Shown here piece by piece: positions 28,977-39,996 of a stretch of DNA of 64,000 nucleotides. The position numbers and the translations under genes are program-made. The notes under the pieces are model-generated. The model had not been told where the DNA came from, searched no databases, and worked only from the letters and a program-made list of their open reading frames with translations. The stretch is from Candidatus Methanophagaceae archaeon (GTDB lineage Archaea > Halobacteriota > Syntropharchaeia > Alkanophagales > Methanospirareceae), in the NCBI GenBank assembly GCA_003194435.1, contig PQXC01000011.1, positions 9,433 to 73,432 of the forward strand, read 5' to 3'. The first letter of the stretch is position 1; the number at the start of each line of letters is the position of its first letter.

Positions 28977-30590
28977 TCATCCCTCTTTTCTCCTTCTAAT
29001 CAGATATGCCACTGTCAGCAATCCTGCAATTGCGAATATCGCTTCAAATCCCGGCACACCACCAACTCCCGATTTCTGTACAGTCTCAGCAGCAACAGTC
29101 CCGGTTGAAGCCTGGAATGCACCGCTTACCATTACCTTATCTCCCTCTTGAATGTCTCCCAAACCGCCTTCATAAACAACTGATATCATACCAGTTCCAT
29201 CGTCTAATGCGAATGTATATCCTTTTCCATAAACGGTTTCTATATCACGAATAGTTCCTGATACTACCACAGTTCGCTGGTCATATTTTGTTGCCAGCGC
29301 CTTCAGGTCTATTATTTTAACAGAACCAACACTTGCGTGTTTTGCCAGTTCCAAAGCATCATCAGCCCAGGACCTTGCGTATTCGTAATTTCCTTTGTCT
29401 AAAGCATCTCTTGCATCGTTTAGCTTACTTTCTGCATCGGTTACGTCAGCACCTATGGATTTCGCTTCGTCAATTTCCGATTGTGCTGATTCTATGTAGC
29501 CTGCTGTTTCATAAGCATCATCAGCCATCTTCTGAGCGTTCTGTGCGAGTTCGTAAGCTTCATCGTATTTTTCGAGTTCATAAGAATCTTCTGCTCTGCT
29601 TAAGGCTTGCTCAATTAGAGATGTGTCTACATTCTTGCGTTTTAATGCGTCTATTTTTGTTGAAACGGAATTTATTAACTTTGATGCGGTCTCTTTGGCG
29701 AGGGATACTGAAAGCCAATCTATAATGTTTAACCCCAATTTTTTATTGTCATATTCGTAAAGATTTTTGATTCCGTCGTTGTTTTCATCTATGCTTAATA
29801 AAAACCCAACACTTCCAGCAAAGACTACTTTACCTTTTACATATTCAGTTACTGCAATGAAAGGCGGATTTTCACCTTTCTTATAATATTCGCCCCTGTA
29901 TCCTGTATAGGAATCTTCGTCTCCAGAAATTACAACGTCCACTGAGGGGTCGCTGATAGTTAATGAGCTCGGGAATCCTTTACAATTGGTGATTTCATAT
30001 ACATCTTTTGTTATTGGATGTTCTTTGATGAAAGGTCTGTGAAAAATCGGGCAACCTTCACCTTCTCTACAACCCGGGTAACGATTAGTAGGGTCATATA
30101 TAATATCGTCATTCAGCTTAATTCCAAATTCTTTCCCTATTCGATTAACTTGAGCTTTTTCTATGGAAAGATGAGTGTAATCAACCCAGGACCATCCACA
30201 TCCAAATAAGAAAAGTCCTCCACCATCAGCAACAAATTTCTTTAGCGCTTTTATCTCATCGTCAGTAAGTAATTTAACCCCTTCGTCAAAGGAATATTTT
30301 CCCACAAGTCCGTTTGGTAAAACAAAAATATCATAATCTTTTAATTTATCATACGTGATTGGTCCATCAGTTACTCTATCTACCTGATATCCCTTATTAC
30401 GCAACTCTTTGGCGAAATCAGCCAAGCCGGCATCTATATAGTTATACCAAGACTGATGATGTGATTCATCGAATAAAAATTTTTTATTGGTAGTATCCTC
30501 TGCGCTCACTATCCCAATAACACAACCAACTGACACAGCTCCTAACACCAAACATATTAGCAACATTCCCATCACAGTTTTTCTTTTCAT
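28977..30590 (-). CDS. secreted PGF-CTERM surface protein (DUF4350/GATase-like domain, coiled coil, OB fold)
   Basis: Signal peptide after AAGGAG; FDESH..GY.V..FV..GGGL; C-terminal VPGFEAIFAIAGLLTVAYLIRRRK archaeosortase signal. Confidence 0.85.
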   Translation of the reverse strand: MKRKTVMGMLLICLVLGAVSVGCVIGIVSAEDTTNKKFLFDESHHQSWYNYIDAGLADFAKELRNKGYQVDRVTDGPITYDKLKDYDIFVLPNGLVGKYSFDEGVKLLTDDEIKALKKFVADGGGLFLFGCGWSWVDYTHLSIEKAQVNRIGKEFGIKLNDDIIYDPTNRYPGCREGEGCPIFHRPFIKEHPITKDVYEITNCKGFPSSLTISDPSVDVVISGDEDSYTGYRGEYYKKGENPPFIAVTEYVKGKVVFAGSVGFLLSIDENNDGIKNLYEYDNKKLGLNIIDWLSVSLAKETASKLINSVSTKIDALKRKNVDTSLIEQALSRAEDSYELEKYDEAYELAQNAQKMADDAYETAGYIESAQSEIDEAKSIGADVTDAESKLNDARDALDKGNYEYARSWADDALELAKHASVGSVKIIDLKALATKYDQRTVVVSGTIRDIETVYGKGYTFALDDGTGMISVVYEGGLGDIQEGDKVMVSGAFQASTGTVAAETVQKSGVGGVPGFEAIFAIAGLLTVAYLIRRRKEG

Positions 30591-30626
30591 CTCCTTTTGA
30601 TTTTTGTTTTCGTTCATTTTTATCAC

Positions 30627-30665
30627 AAACCTTTTCTTAGAAAGAAAAGGTTTACCAAAAGAACC
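30627..30665. repeat. palindromic REP-like element
   Basis: Perfect 12-bp stem AAACCTTTTCTT-AGA-AAGAAAAGGTTT (30627-30653) followed by ACCAAAAGAACC; near copy at 53254. Confidence 0.7.
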
Positions 30666-33600
30666 TTATTGCAGGTATCCAGTCATAATAAACCCTCCCA
30701 TTTGCATCCCCAAATGAAGAGCAGTTTATCCTGCCATTTGGTGTGAGTAAGGATGTATTATGATGAATCTGTGGATAAGAGCCCGTTATTATTGTGAATT
30801 TATACTCCTCATCTGCGTACAACTTGAAAGGTTCAGTGAAAGAAAGATTATGCCAATCTCCTCCATAGCCTTCCCATGGTAAAGTCTCGATACCCCATGA
30901 ATCGTTATAAATCCTTGCGTATTCCGTATGACCGCCGGTGCCTGAGCAGGGATAGGTGTAAAGTTTGGACACATTAATCGTTTGATTTGGTGTGATTATG
31001 CCTGTATGGTTTCCCATTATGCTTGGGTATGGATTTTCGCTTGGACCTGTGTCAAAAACATTTTCTGTTGGTGCAAAGTAATTCTCAAAAGGCTTCATCA
31101 GCGGATAATTGTCGTTATCTGAATCTACGGGGTAATATGTATCACCAATTCCATCGTTGTTTTCATCTGTTCCGTTATAATCGCTCCAGTAGTTGCCGAG
31201 ATAGTTCTCGTAAGTTTTTCCTTTATAGGTGTAGGTTATTTTTTCGGTGGAGTTCCAGATGTTGGTTGACCATACAGAATAAACATTATCTGTGTTGTTT
31301 ATGAAGTTGTTAATATATATGACGTTGTTATTGCTTGAAGAGTGCAGGATGATGCCGTATTCGTTGTACAATGCGTTGTTATTTATGATGCTGTTGTTAT
31401 TGGAATCCCCATAGAGGATAATTCCCTCCGTGTTATTCGAGGCGTTATTGTTTGTGATGATATTGTTGGAAGAATCAAATAGAATGCGGATTCCAAACTC
31501 GTTGTTCAAGACATCATTGTTTATAATGCTATTATTTGAAGATTTATCATAGAGGCAAATTCCTTCGTACTCATTATTCGAGGCATCATTGTTTATAATG
31601 CTGTTGTTAGAACAATAAGAGAGGAGACGGATTCCATCAAAACTATTGAAGCTAACGCTATTGTTTATGATACTGTTATTGGAAGAATAAGATAGATGAA
31701 TTCCGTCAAAGTTTTTCGAGACATTATTTTCAATGAGCGTGTTATTGTTTGATAAAGAGGACAAAGATATTCCGTCATTCTTCGAGTTTGTTATGTGATT
31801 ATGATTGAGTATGGTATTGTTTGATGCAACTAAAACAATACCTGCTGAATTGTTAGCCACTTCATTATCAAATAAAATATTGGTATTGCTCCAAAATAAT
31901 CCGAAACCGTCTAATTTGTTTGAATTTGCAGTATTTCGTGTTGCCGTGTTATGGTTACTACCAGCAGTTATTACAATGCCTCGGTATCGATTTAAATTCG
32001 CAGTGTTGAATGTTATCTGAGTATAAGTAGAATTAAATAAATAAAACCCATCTATGTTATTATTTGAAGCATTGTTATTTGATATTATATTATTGTGTGC
32101 ATCTACGAAAGCAATTCCTCGACCATTCATTTTGACTGTATTATTTGCTATTGTATTATAACTACTGTTAGCATGTAAATAAGCGCCATCAGCAGTGTTA
32201 TTTGAAAAAACATTACCTTTCAGGTTATTGCAATGAACATCTGCAAGAGCTATCCCACGATTATTGTTCAACGCAGTATTGTTAATTATTTGATTATAAC
32301 CCGAATTAGCGTGTAAATAGATACCATCCGCAGAGCTATTCAAAAGAATGTTCCCCTTCAGCACATTATTATGGGCATCTGCAAGAGCTATTCCACGATT
32401 ATTTGCTTTAGCTGTATTATTTGTTATTCTATTGTAACTACTATTAGCATGAAGATAAATTCCATTACTATTATTCAATAATGTATTATTTTCTAAAATA
32501 GTATTGCTTGAAGATGATAGAGAAATCCCATTATCGTTGCTTGAGGCAATATTGCCAATTATTCTGTTATTATCGCTATTTGATAAGTAGAGCCCATTAA
32601 CACTGTTAACGATCTTAAAACCATTAATAGTGCAATTATCAGCAGTAACAGTAATGGCATTTCCATTCCCACCTGCATCAACTACTGGATAATCAATTCC
32701 TGTTAAATTAATTGACTTATCCACATCCACATTCTCATTATAAGTCCCAGCGTCCACCGTTATCGTATGCCCATCCTTTGTATCGTAATCATCAATCGCA
32801 GCCTGAATAGATGAGAAGTTCTCGCCTGTGTTTAAGTTATGAACTGGAAGCCCTGTTACTTCATAGAGCGCCACTTCATCCCACCATGCAGTCCCGGTTC
32901 CCGCATTAAAATCGAATAAGAACCAAAGCCAAGTGCAATCTTTGGGCATCGGCGAGAGAGTGAAAGGTTCGCTTTCGTAGTACCACCAATTTTTTGTTCC
33001 ATTGACATAACCTATTTCTTTCACATAACCATCTGCGGGTGTCCAACCAGTATCATCAACATAATCAAGACCAATTACCACACACCCTTCTACATTTTCT
33101 GTTTTAATCCACCCACTTATCTTATATGTTTTCCCTAGTTCTAATTTTCCCGTTACATTCTGATAAAATCTCCCAAGGTTGCTTTTTTCCATTTCAACCC
33201 CTTTTACACAATAACTTCCACTAACAGCGCAAGTGTCCACCGAATAATCCGCAGTTCCTCCCGTTTGATACCAGTATCTCAATCTTTCTTCAAAGTTCGA
33301 ATTTAACAGCAGGTTTTCTATCAACTCTATTTCAACCTCCCCATGAGCAGATTCTGCTGGCGGTGCATCACCTGGATTCTTGGGACAATCTATCCATGCT
33401 TTTAATTTTACCGTACCTGGCGTGCCCATGCCTATACTACTGTTTGCAATCACTTCTGCTTCAAATTCGTTATCAGGACGTATAGGAATATCATTAAGTT
33501 CTGGATGTAGCACATCGTTAATGAAAATATCAACTGTGGAGCCCGTGGTGACCACACCCTTTATATTAAACGCTTCGCCGATTACTACTGTCCGTGGTAT

Positions 33601-36600
33601 ATCAAAGTAAACTTTCTTTTCTCCTTTTACTTTTATCAACCAGACAGAACCAGCGCCGTTAGACCTTGTCAAGCCTGTAATGATATATCCACCATCTAAA
33701 GTATGCTGAATTGAGTAGCCTTCATCCCGGTCCGACCTATCAAAGGTTCTATCCCATACTTTATTTCCGTCTGCATCTGTCTTTATCAGCCATACATCAT
33801 AAAGCCAAACACCATAAGAATACCATGCCCATGTAGTACCTGCAACGATAAATCCTCCATCTAACGTCTGCAGGACTGAGGATCCTGCTGCACCTGCACG
33901 CGCACTATACGGTCCAAAGGTTTTATCCCATACTCTATTTCCATGTGAATCAGTTTTTATTAGCAAGACATAAGGACCCCAACCTCCACTACCTGTGATA
34001 ATAAATCCTTTATCTGATGTCTGCTTGACCGAGTAGCCATAATCCTCCACACTTACTCCAAATGTTTTATTCCATTTTTCGTTTCCATTTTTATCTGTCT
34101 TTATCAGCCAGACATCCCTAAAACCCGCTCCGTAAGACATTGTATAACCCGTAATAATATATCCTCCATCTGATGTTTGCTGGATTGATCGACCACTATC
34201 CTCTTCAGGCCCACCAAAAGTCCTGCTCCACACTTTATTTCCATTAGAATCAGTCTTTATCACCCAGACATCACTAGAACCAGCGCCGTAAGACCCTGTA
34301 GAACCCACAATGATATATCCTCCATCCGAAGTCTGCTGGACTGCGTAACCATAATCGTAATCTGGCCCCCCATAAGTCTTACTCCATTGCTTATTTCCAA
34401 TAGAATCAGACTTTATCAACCAGACATCATAATAACCAGCGCCGTAAGACCATGTAGAACCCGCAATGATATATCCTCCAGTTGATGTCTGCTGAACTGA
34501 TTCGCCCCAATCACGATATGCCCCACCAAATGTCTTGTTCCATTCTTCGTTCCCGTTAGAATCGGTCTTTAATAGCCAGATGTCATTCTTACCAGCGCCG
34601 TAAGAATATGTCTCCCCTGTAATGATAAATCCCCCATCCGATGTCTGTTGGACCGACTTGCCGCTATCATAACTTGACCCACCAAAAGTCTTGTTCCACT
34701 CTTCGGCGGGTAGCGTTGGCGTTGGCGTTGGTTCCAACGAATAAACCTTATTTCTCGCATCAGGATAATTCGCTACGGTATAATACTCAGTCGCCTCCGC
34801 AACCGTTTCCGGCTCGATGCTGAACTCATCCACAGTAGCCAGATAACCCGGCTGCGTATTAATATCAAACCGATTCGCAGCCCATTTCGCAGTATGGTCT
34901 TTGCTATAAAGCGTCAATCCAAAATTCTGGTCGTTCACAAACGAAGCCCAGTATTCAGTAGGATAAAAATACGTATTCGCAGACCCCGGCGACTGTTGGG
35001 GTATGCTGAGTTCAACAACGGTATCGTTTGTCCACGGCTTGCTGCCATTATACGTAATGCACCTGTACAAACTCTTATTAACGTATGCGCAAGGAAACTC
35101 CTGGTCGTAGAACGTATGAACCTCAGTTCCCCAATGTGTCATTCTATAATCCACCTTTACAGCTTCGCCTTCAAGCGAGACCCATTGCTCCACATACACG
35201 TCTGCAAGCTCACCGGTATTCCAATCGCGTGGCTGTGTTTTCGTATAAATCAGATTCGGCTGAGCCGTATAATCCTGAACAGGACTGCCCTTATCTTTTA
35301 TATCTCCACCCTGAACCGGATTCCACGCACTGCTATTGTCATAGAACGCAACCTGAGCAAGCCTGCCTGCATCGTGGTCATCTATCAGATTGAAACCCTG
35401 ATGGCTGATTTCACTTATTGCACCGCCCCAATCCAGATTGACGCCAACTCTGATTATGCCGTTATCTAAATATTTCAGAGTTGGCGGGATATTATAAGCG
35501 AAGAAGAATTTTTGCGTGCCAGGTCGGTAAACGCCAATGTTGGAGTCGCCATCTCCGTTCCAGCTACCGGTGATTGGGATATCGCCGTTATTTCCATAAG
35601 GATAAGGAGTAATATCCGCCTGGCTGCCGGTAAGATTCAAATCGAAATAAAAAGTCGGGTTGTTCCAGTAATCCGGGTCGTATGCACGATAAACACCGAC
35701 ATCGTCATCGCCGTCCCAATCCCAGTCTCCTGTAATTGGAGTATCGCCAGACAGACCAAAAGGAACATCTTTGAACGAAGTTGCAGTAGAACTGCCCAAA
35801 TTGAGCAGATATAAGTAAAATGTGCTGTTAGCAGGATAGTAGCCGCCGATGTCGTCGTCACCGTCCCAATCGCCTGCAACCGGTATATCGTCTGGATAGT
35901 AACCAAAAGGAATTGTTTTGTCCGCTGCACCAACTTCATAAGGCAGGTCTGCCCAGTTTCTCGTTACTAAGTAAAACGTTGATTGCTCAGCGCCATCTTC
36001 TTTCGGGCGGAACACGCCTATCTCGTCATAGCCGTCACCATCCCAATCGCCTATAACTGGTATATCGGTTGTCACACCGAATCTGACTGTTTTCCCGTCA
36101 AATGTGAATTCCGCGGTGCTGGTGTTGTAAATGCCAGGTGTGTCTGTGCCGTTTGCAGTTAAATCTGCGGTGAGTGGGATTAGAACATTTTCTGCTGTTT
36201 TAATATGAATAAACCGATGATGAGTAGTACCCAATTGCCAGTCGGCATGCCATACGCAGGTTGTATGAGCTGCTACCTTGCCACTGCCAAGATAGAGCGC
36301 CACATGGTCCCACCATCCATCTCCGTTCCAATCGTAGTTGATAACATCACCTTTCTCTAATTGATCAATTGAAGTTTTTTGTTCAGCAAAATCATTGTTA
36401 AGTAACCAATCGCCGAGGGCATCTGCACCTGCAATACCATATGGTCCGGTTGGAAAATCTCTACGCACCTCCAATCCGCCACCTTGCTCATTTGGTTCGC
36501 TACCGATGCAACACGATACAAAATGAGCACAATCATAGCCTGTCCAACCCACAATATTCGTTCCCGGTGAAAGTGTAATATATTTTGAGGACGTATTCCA

Positions 36601-37188
36601 AAAATAACCATCACTACAAACTTCATCCCAGTATTTTTGGGCATAATTATACGCTGATTGGCGGCTATATGATGAACTCACAGGTCCAAGTGGCAAAGAC
36701 TGGTCAGCGAAGGATACATGTACAAGCCTGCAATCACTCCATCCAGAAGAGCTAACCCCAAATAAGTACTCCGCTACCGGAGATGAAACATCGATTATCG
36801 ATCTTCCACCATCGCCACATTTCGCTCTGGCATTATCAATTACCCATTGCACTGGTCCCCAATCCTCGATTGACGCGACAATCGCCTTATTATTTGCCTC
36901 TATTAAAACCTTCTTCTTATACCACCATGCCTTACCACCAGGTTGCGAATAGTCCCACCTCATAGCAACATAATACTCTGATACCCTTCCGCCATACGCA
37001 CTAAATGCACCTTCGCCCGGGGGGCAATAGAATGTAGTCAGGTAATTCCATTCAGCAGGCAGTGTATGTCCTTCAAGCTCAGTCGCCACTTGCGCTGAGG
37101 ATACAAGCTCGCCACTTGAAAGAAGAGCCACTGTAAGAGAAAATGCAAAAATCACTACAAACCCCCAAACCTTCACGCTTTTCTTCAT
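30652..37188 (-). CDS. 2178-aa secreted multidomain protein: RlpA-like DPBB, NlpC/P60 (Amidase_6-like), FG-GAP repeats, beta-sandwich, beta-propeller, CBM4/9-like, NosD beta-helix, ANME-1-type C-terminal domain
   Basis: Signal peptide; IEDWGP..IIDVS; [25 protein letters not shown]; GDWDGDG repeats; QTSDGGYII repeats; [17 protein letters not shown]; Asn-rich GI.L..S.NN repeats; [30 protein letters not shown]. Confidence 0.85.
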   Translation of the reverse strand: MKKSVKVWGFVVIFAFSLTVALLSSGELVSSAQVATELEGHTLPAEWNYLTTFYCPPGEGAFSAYGGRVSEYYVAMRWDYSQPGGKAWWYKKKVLIEANNKAIVASIEDWGPVQWVIDNARAKCGDGGRSIIDVSSPVAEYLFGVSSSGWSDCRLVHVSFADQSLPLGPVSSSYSRQSAYNYAQKYWDEVCSDGYFWNTSSKYITLSPGTNIVGWTGYDCAHFVSCCIGSEPNEQGGGLEVRRDFPTGPYGIAGADALGDWLLNNDFAEQKTSIDQLEKGDVINYDWNGDGWWDHVALYLGSGKVAAHTTCVWHADWQLGTTHHRFIHIKTAENVLIPLTADLTANGTDTPGIYNTSTAEFTFDGKTVRFGVTTDIPVIGDWDGDGYDEIGVFRPKEDGAEQSTFYLVTRNWADLPYEVGAADKTIPFGYYPDDIPVAGDWDGDDDIGGYYPANSTFYLYLLNLGSSTATSFKDVPFGLSGDTPITGDWDWDGDDDVGVYRAYDPDYWNNPTFYFDLNLTGSQADITPYPYGNNGDIPITGSWNGDGDSNIGVYRPGTQKFFFAYNIPPTLKYLDNGIIRVGVNLDWGGAISEISHQGFNLIDDHDAGRLAQVAFYDNSSAWNPVQGGDIKDKGSPVQDYTAQPNLIYTKTQPRDWNTGELADVYVEQWVSLEGEAVKVDYRMTHWGTEVHTFYDQEFPCAYVNKSLYRCITYNGSKPWTNDTVVELSIPQQSPGSANTYFYPTEYWASFVNDQNFGLTLYSKDHTAKWAANRFDINTQPGYLATVDEFSIEPETVAEATEYYTVANYPDARNKVYSLEPTPTPTLPAEEWNKTFGGSSYDSGKSVQQTSDGGFIITGETYSYGAGKNDIWLLKTDSNGNEEWNKTFGGAYRDWGESVQQTSTGGYIIAGSTWSYGAGYYDVWLIKSDSIGNKQWSKTYGGPDYDYGYAVQQTSDGGYIIVGSTGSYGAGSSDVWVIKTDSNGNKVWSRTFGGPEEDSGRSIQQTSDGGYIITGYTMSYGAGFRDVWLIKTDKNGNEKWNKTFGVSVEDYGYSVKQTSDKGFIITGSGGWGPYVLLIKTDSHGNRVWDKTFGPYSARAGAAGSSVLQTLDGGFIVAGTTWAWYSYGVWLYDVWLIKTDADGNKVWDRTFDRSDRDEGYSIQHTLDGGYIITGLTRSNGAGSVWLIKVKGEKKVYFDIPRTVVIGEAFNIKGVVTTGSTVDIFINDVLHPELNDIPIRPDNEFEAEVIANSSIGMGTPGTVKLKAWIDCPKNPGDAPPAESAHGEVEIELIENLLLNSNFEERLRYWYQTGGTADYSVDTCAVSGSYCVKGVEMEKSNLGRFYQNVTGKLELGKTYKISGWIKTENVEGCVVIGLDYVDDTGWTPADGYVKEIGYVNGTKNWWYYESEPFTLSPMPKDCTWLWFLFDFNAGTGTAWWDEVALYEVTGLPVHNLNTGENFSSIQAAIDDYDTKDGHTITVDAGTYNENVDVDKSINLTGIDYPVVDAGGNGNAITVTADNCTINGFKIVNSVNGLYLSNSDNNRIIGNIASSNDNGISLSSSSNTILENNTLLNNSNGIYLHANSSYNRITNNTAKANNRGIALADAHNNVLKGNILLNSSADGIYLHANSGYNQIINNTALNNNRGIALADVHCNNLKGNVFSNNTADGAYLHANSSYNTIANNTVKMNGRGIAFVDAHNNIISNNNASNNNIDGFYLFNSTYTQITFNTANLNRYRGIVITAGSNHNTATRNTANSNKLDGFGLFWSNTNILFDNEVANNSAGIVLVASNNTILNHNHITNSKNDGISLSSLSNNNTLIENNVSKNFDGIHLSYSSNNSIINNSVSFNSFDGIRLLSYCSNNSIINNDASNNEYEGICLYDKSSNNSIINNDVLNNEFGIRILFDSSNNIITNNNASNNTEGIILYGDSNNNSIINNNALYNEYGIILHSSSNNNVIYINNFINNTDNVYSVWSTNIWNSTEKITYTYKGKTYENYLGNYWSDYNGTDENNDGIGDTYYPVDSDNDNYPLMKPFENYFAPTENVFDTGPSENPYPSIMGNHTGIITPNQTINVSKLYTYPCSGTGGHTEYARIYNDSWGIETLPWEGYGGDWHNLSFTEPFKLYADEEYKFTIITGSYPQIHHNTSLLTPNGRINCSSFGDANGRVYYDWIPAIRFFW

Positions 37189-37339
37189 CTTAAATCGCCA
37201 TTCTCAGGTATATGCTTATCAAAGGGTATAATAAACCTTCCGATTTTTTTCACATTCGTCCTCATGAATTTCTGGATGGTCAAAATCATCTTTGTCTTCT
37301 GTGTTCTGTGTAAAAATCAGAATGCGTAAATCCTGCAAT

Positions 37340-37620
37340 CACCCTCCTTAAACGGAGGATTTGCAGATCCCAATATCATTTCTGCTTTCGTTGAAGCATC
37401 GCTTGCATTGTATCACTCATCTTGGCGATCCTCTAAGTACCTTTGGCCCTTCCTTGGTCAATAATGCATGCACTCTGTTCTTTATCGAGGTCCTTAAACG
37501 AACGAGACTTGCCCTATGCCCCACGATCGCGGATTTACCAGGAATCGTACTAAACCATTCTTTTTGCCTTTCTTAACCCTTTTACTTGTGCCTTCTCCGG
37601 TGAGTGGTCATATCCGCTAA
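37340..37620 (-). mobile_element. IS110-family transposase remnant
   Basis: Minus strand 37518-37447 reads HRASLVRLRTSIKNRVHALLTKEG (IS110 coiled-coil segment); no intact ORF; boundaries approximate. Confidence 0.6.
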
Positions 37621-37666
37621 GAAAAGGTTTTTGGCACTTTCAAGTTCTGTACTTTGCAATTTAACC

Positions 37667-38596
37667 TTAACCCACCAGAATTCCGAACTTGTCACACAGT
37701 TCCATTACTAAAGGGCGTTTCTCAAGCGTAATCAGCGCCTTCTGCACTTTCTTCAAGCCCAACTTCTTTATCGCCAATTCCGCTTTGTCATTGAATCTTT
37801 CAATGTCCTCTTCTTCGGCATATGATTTTATCTCAAATATCAGGCTTTCCGTATCTGTTACACATAAATCAATCTCGTAACTTCTCCCTTTTGGTCCTAT
37901 TAAACCCTCATCATCCGTTATCTTCTTTCTCATCATGATGTTCTCCGGCTTCACTTCCCTGCCCAGAGCGATCCTTAAAGTTCCTGCAACCGCATCCTCA
38001 AGACTTCGCCCTGCTCTTCTTTGAAATCCCCCTACCACTATACCAACCCAATCCTTCAAATCTTTAAAGTCTCTGTCCACCTTATCAAATCTATGATACA
38101 CTTCTTCAAAACGCTTATCCATCGCTTCAAATCTGCGATACACCTCCTCGAACCGCTTATCTATCACTTCAAATCTGCGATATACCTCTTCGAACCGCTT
38201 GTCAATCACTTCAAACCTGCGATACACCTCCTCGAACCGTTTATCAATCACTTCAAACCTGCGATATACCTCTTCGAACCGTTTATCAATTGCATCAAAT
38301 CTTTTATCAGCAGCTTCAAATCTCCGATTCATATCCTCACGCATCTCTTCAAAGCGTTTATCAAGAGCTTCAAACCTTTTATCAGCAGCTTCGAATCTGC
38401 GATTCGTATCCTCCCTGAATGCTTTTAATTCCTGCAGTAGCCTTTCAAATCGTTCATCACTCTTCTTCATGTACTCGTAAAACTCGCTCCTTATTACGAA
38501 TTCATCAGATAATATCTTACATATCTCTGTTCTGAGCTCCGGATGCTCTCTCAAAAGCCCCGGTAAACTCTTCACCACTTCTTCCGCTGTTACCAT
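37667..38596 (-). CDS. heptad-repeat coiled-coil protein with C-terminal PD-(D/E)xK nuclease-like domain (DUF3782/DUF1626-like)
   Basis: Long xDKRFEE/YRRFEV heptads, then YEIDLCV...IFEIKS. Confidence 0.8.
   Translation of the reverse strand: MVTAEEVVKSLPGLLREHPELRTEICKILSDEFVIRSEFYEYMKKSDERFERLLQELKAFREDTNRRFEAADKRFEALDKRFEEMREDMNRRFEAADKRFDAIDKRFEEVYRRFEVIDKRFEEVYRRFEVIDKRFEEVYRRFEVIDKRFEEVYRRFEAMDKRFEEVYHRFDKVDRDFKDLKDWVGIVVGGFQRRAGRSLEDAVAGTLRIALGREVKPENIMMRKKITDDEGLIGPKGRSYEIDLCVTDTESLIFEIKSYAEEEDIERFNDKAELAIKKLGLKKVQKALITLEKRPLVMELCDKFGILVG
38078..38287 (-). repeat. five tandem 42-bp coding repeats (DKRFEEVYRRFEVI)
   Basis: aa 104-173 = 5 x 14 aa; looser 21-bp heptad units extend to about 38416. 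Confidence 0.9.
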
Positions 38597-38738
38597 GATT
38601 CCACCCCTTTTAACAAATTACTCAATTTACTTTACTCTACCTTCTTTCTTCCTTATTCCTTACTCTATTAACTATTTATTCCATCGGGGCGTTTAAATAT
38701 TTTTCACTTTCACTTTCACCAACATTCCTATCTCTGGC

Positions 38739-39326
38739 TCAGTGAACACTTTGTGAAGTGAATAAGCTATAATAAAGCCTGTTCAGTTTACTCCTGCCTC
38801 GCTCGAGCATGAAGTTCGCCTTCGATACGATAAAATCCAGGTATGGTTCGCTGCAAAATATCACTCCCTCTTTGCCCACCGGGACATCCATCCTCTCTGT
38901 ACTCATTATCTCCACCATCACTCGTTTCATGGTGATGGACTTTATCCCACTATACTTGAAGCCCGACGCAATTGCAAGGCTCAGTAGTTGCTTCGCTTTC
39001 TCTATGCTCGCGCACGAGACATGCAATATCGGCGATTGGGACATCAGCCATAACTCGCCATCAGCGTCTTTCCACGTTCCCATCGCTTTTAATACCTCAT
39101 CCTTGCTCACTTCCCGATGCCATTTCGCAATGAACTCTGCTTCTTCCTTCGCTCCTATCTCGGGTATGCTTATCAGAACGACCCTGCCGGAGCAGCTACT
39201 CGTTGTGAAGTAGTCATCAAAACCATTTAATAACTCTATCAGCCCCGCTATATCATCATCTGCACCCTCTTTGTCCAATCGCTCAAGCGCCTTCCTCTTC
39301 TCCGTTTCAAATATCCCCATTCCCAT
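38739..39326 (-). CDS. taw3: tRNA wyosine methyltransferase Taw3/TYW3
   Basis: YFTTSSCSGR, KWH, PILHV, SGFKYSGIKS, STERMDVP. Confidence 0.92.
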   Translation of the reverse strand: MGMGIFETEKRKALERLDKEGADDDIAGLIELLNGFDDYFTTSSCSGRVVLISIPEIGAKEEAEFIAKWHREVSKDEVLKAMGTWKDADGELWLMSQSPILHVSCASIEKAKQLLSLAIASGFKYSGIKSITMKRVMVEIMSTERMDVPVGKEGVIFCSEPYLDFIVSKANFMLERGRSKLNRLYYSLFTSQSVH

Positions 39327-39397
39327 GCATACATCCTGAGGTGGGAAAAATCCGGAAGTTATTTATATTACCTCGCACCACTCACATATAAAACAAA

Positions 39398-39676
39398 ATG
39401 TTCGAGATGGTGGATGTATTCCTCGGGGTTGGAATCGCTATCGCATTCACAATACTGATGTGCCTGTATAGGGCGGTGCGTGGACCGGGAGTATTTAATC
39501 AGGTAGCGGCGGTGAATGTGATAGGAACGAAGGTGATTGTGCTCCTTGTTGCCATTGGATATATCTTTGAAAGACCGATGTTCGTGGATATCGCACTTCT
39601 ATATGCTGGCTTGAACTTCGTTGGTACACTGGTTATGGCTAAGTATCTGGAGAGGGGGGAGATATGCTCGGCATAG
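39398..39676 (+). CDS. mnhF: Mrp/Mnh subunit F (MbhB-like)
   Basis: LYRAVRGP..FNQV.A.N.IGT..DIALLYA.LNFVGT..AKYL. Confidence 0.85.
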   Translation: MFEMVDVFLGVGIAIAFTILMCLYRAVRGPGVFNQVAAVNVIGTKVIVLLVAIGYIFERPMFVDIALLYAGLNFVGTLVMAKYLERGEICSA

Positions 39677-39987
39677 GCGTAACAGATATAATATCCATAA
39701 TCTTCATGGCTGGTGGGATATTCTTCATGGTTACAGGAGCAGTGGGATTAATACGATTACCGGATTTTTATACCCGGCTGCACGCAACCGGGAAATGCGA
39801 TACGCTTGGTGAAGTTCTTCTGATCACTGGCTGCATGATATTCCAGGGCTGGTCGTTCGTCAGTGTAAAGCTCCTCTTCCTCATATTCTTTATATTCATG
39901 GCTAATCCCGTGGGCACACATGCGATAATGAAAGCGGCGTATTATACGGGTCTGAAGCCCTGGAAGAAGGGAGAGGAGCGGAGGTGA
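39664..39987 (+). CDS. mnhG: Mrp/Mnh subunit G
   Basis: GLIRLPDFYTRLHA.GK.DTLG, NPVGTHAI.KAAY. Confidence 0.92.
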   Translation: MLGIGVTDIISIIFMAGGIFFMVTGAVGLIRLPDFYTRLHATGKCDTLGEVLLITGCMIFQGWSFVSVKLLFLIFFIFMANPVGTHAIMKAAYYTGLKPWKKGEERR

Positions 39988-39996
39988 TGTGATGAT

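Noticed and set aside
30652-37188. Diversity-generating retroelement target or template
   Set aside because: No reverse transcriptase and no TR/VR pair with adenine-specific differences seen; the internal repeats are ordinary propeller/beta-helix repeats.
38066-38416. CRISPR-like or non-coding repeat array
   Set aside because: The units are contiguous in-frame coding repeats with mostly synonymous variation and no unique spacers.
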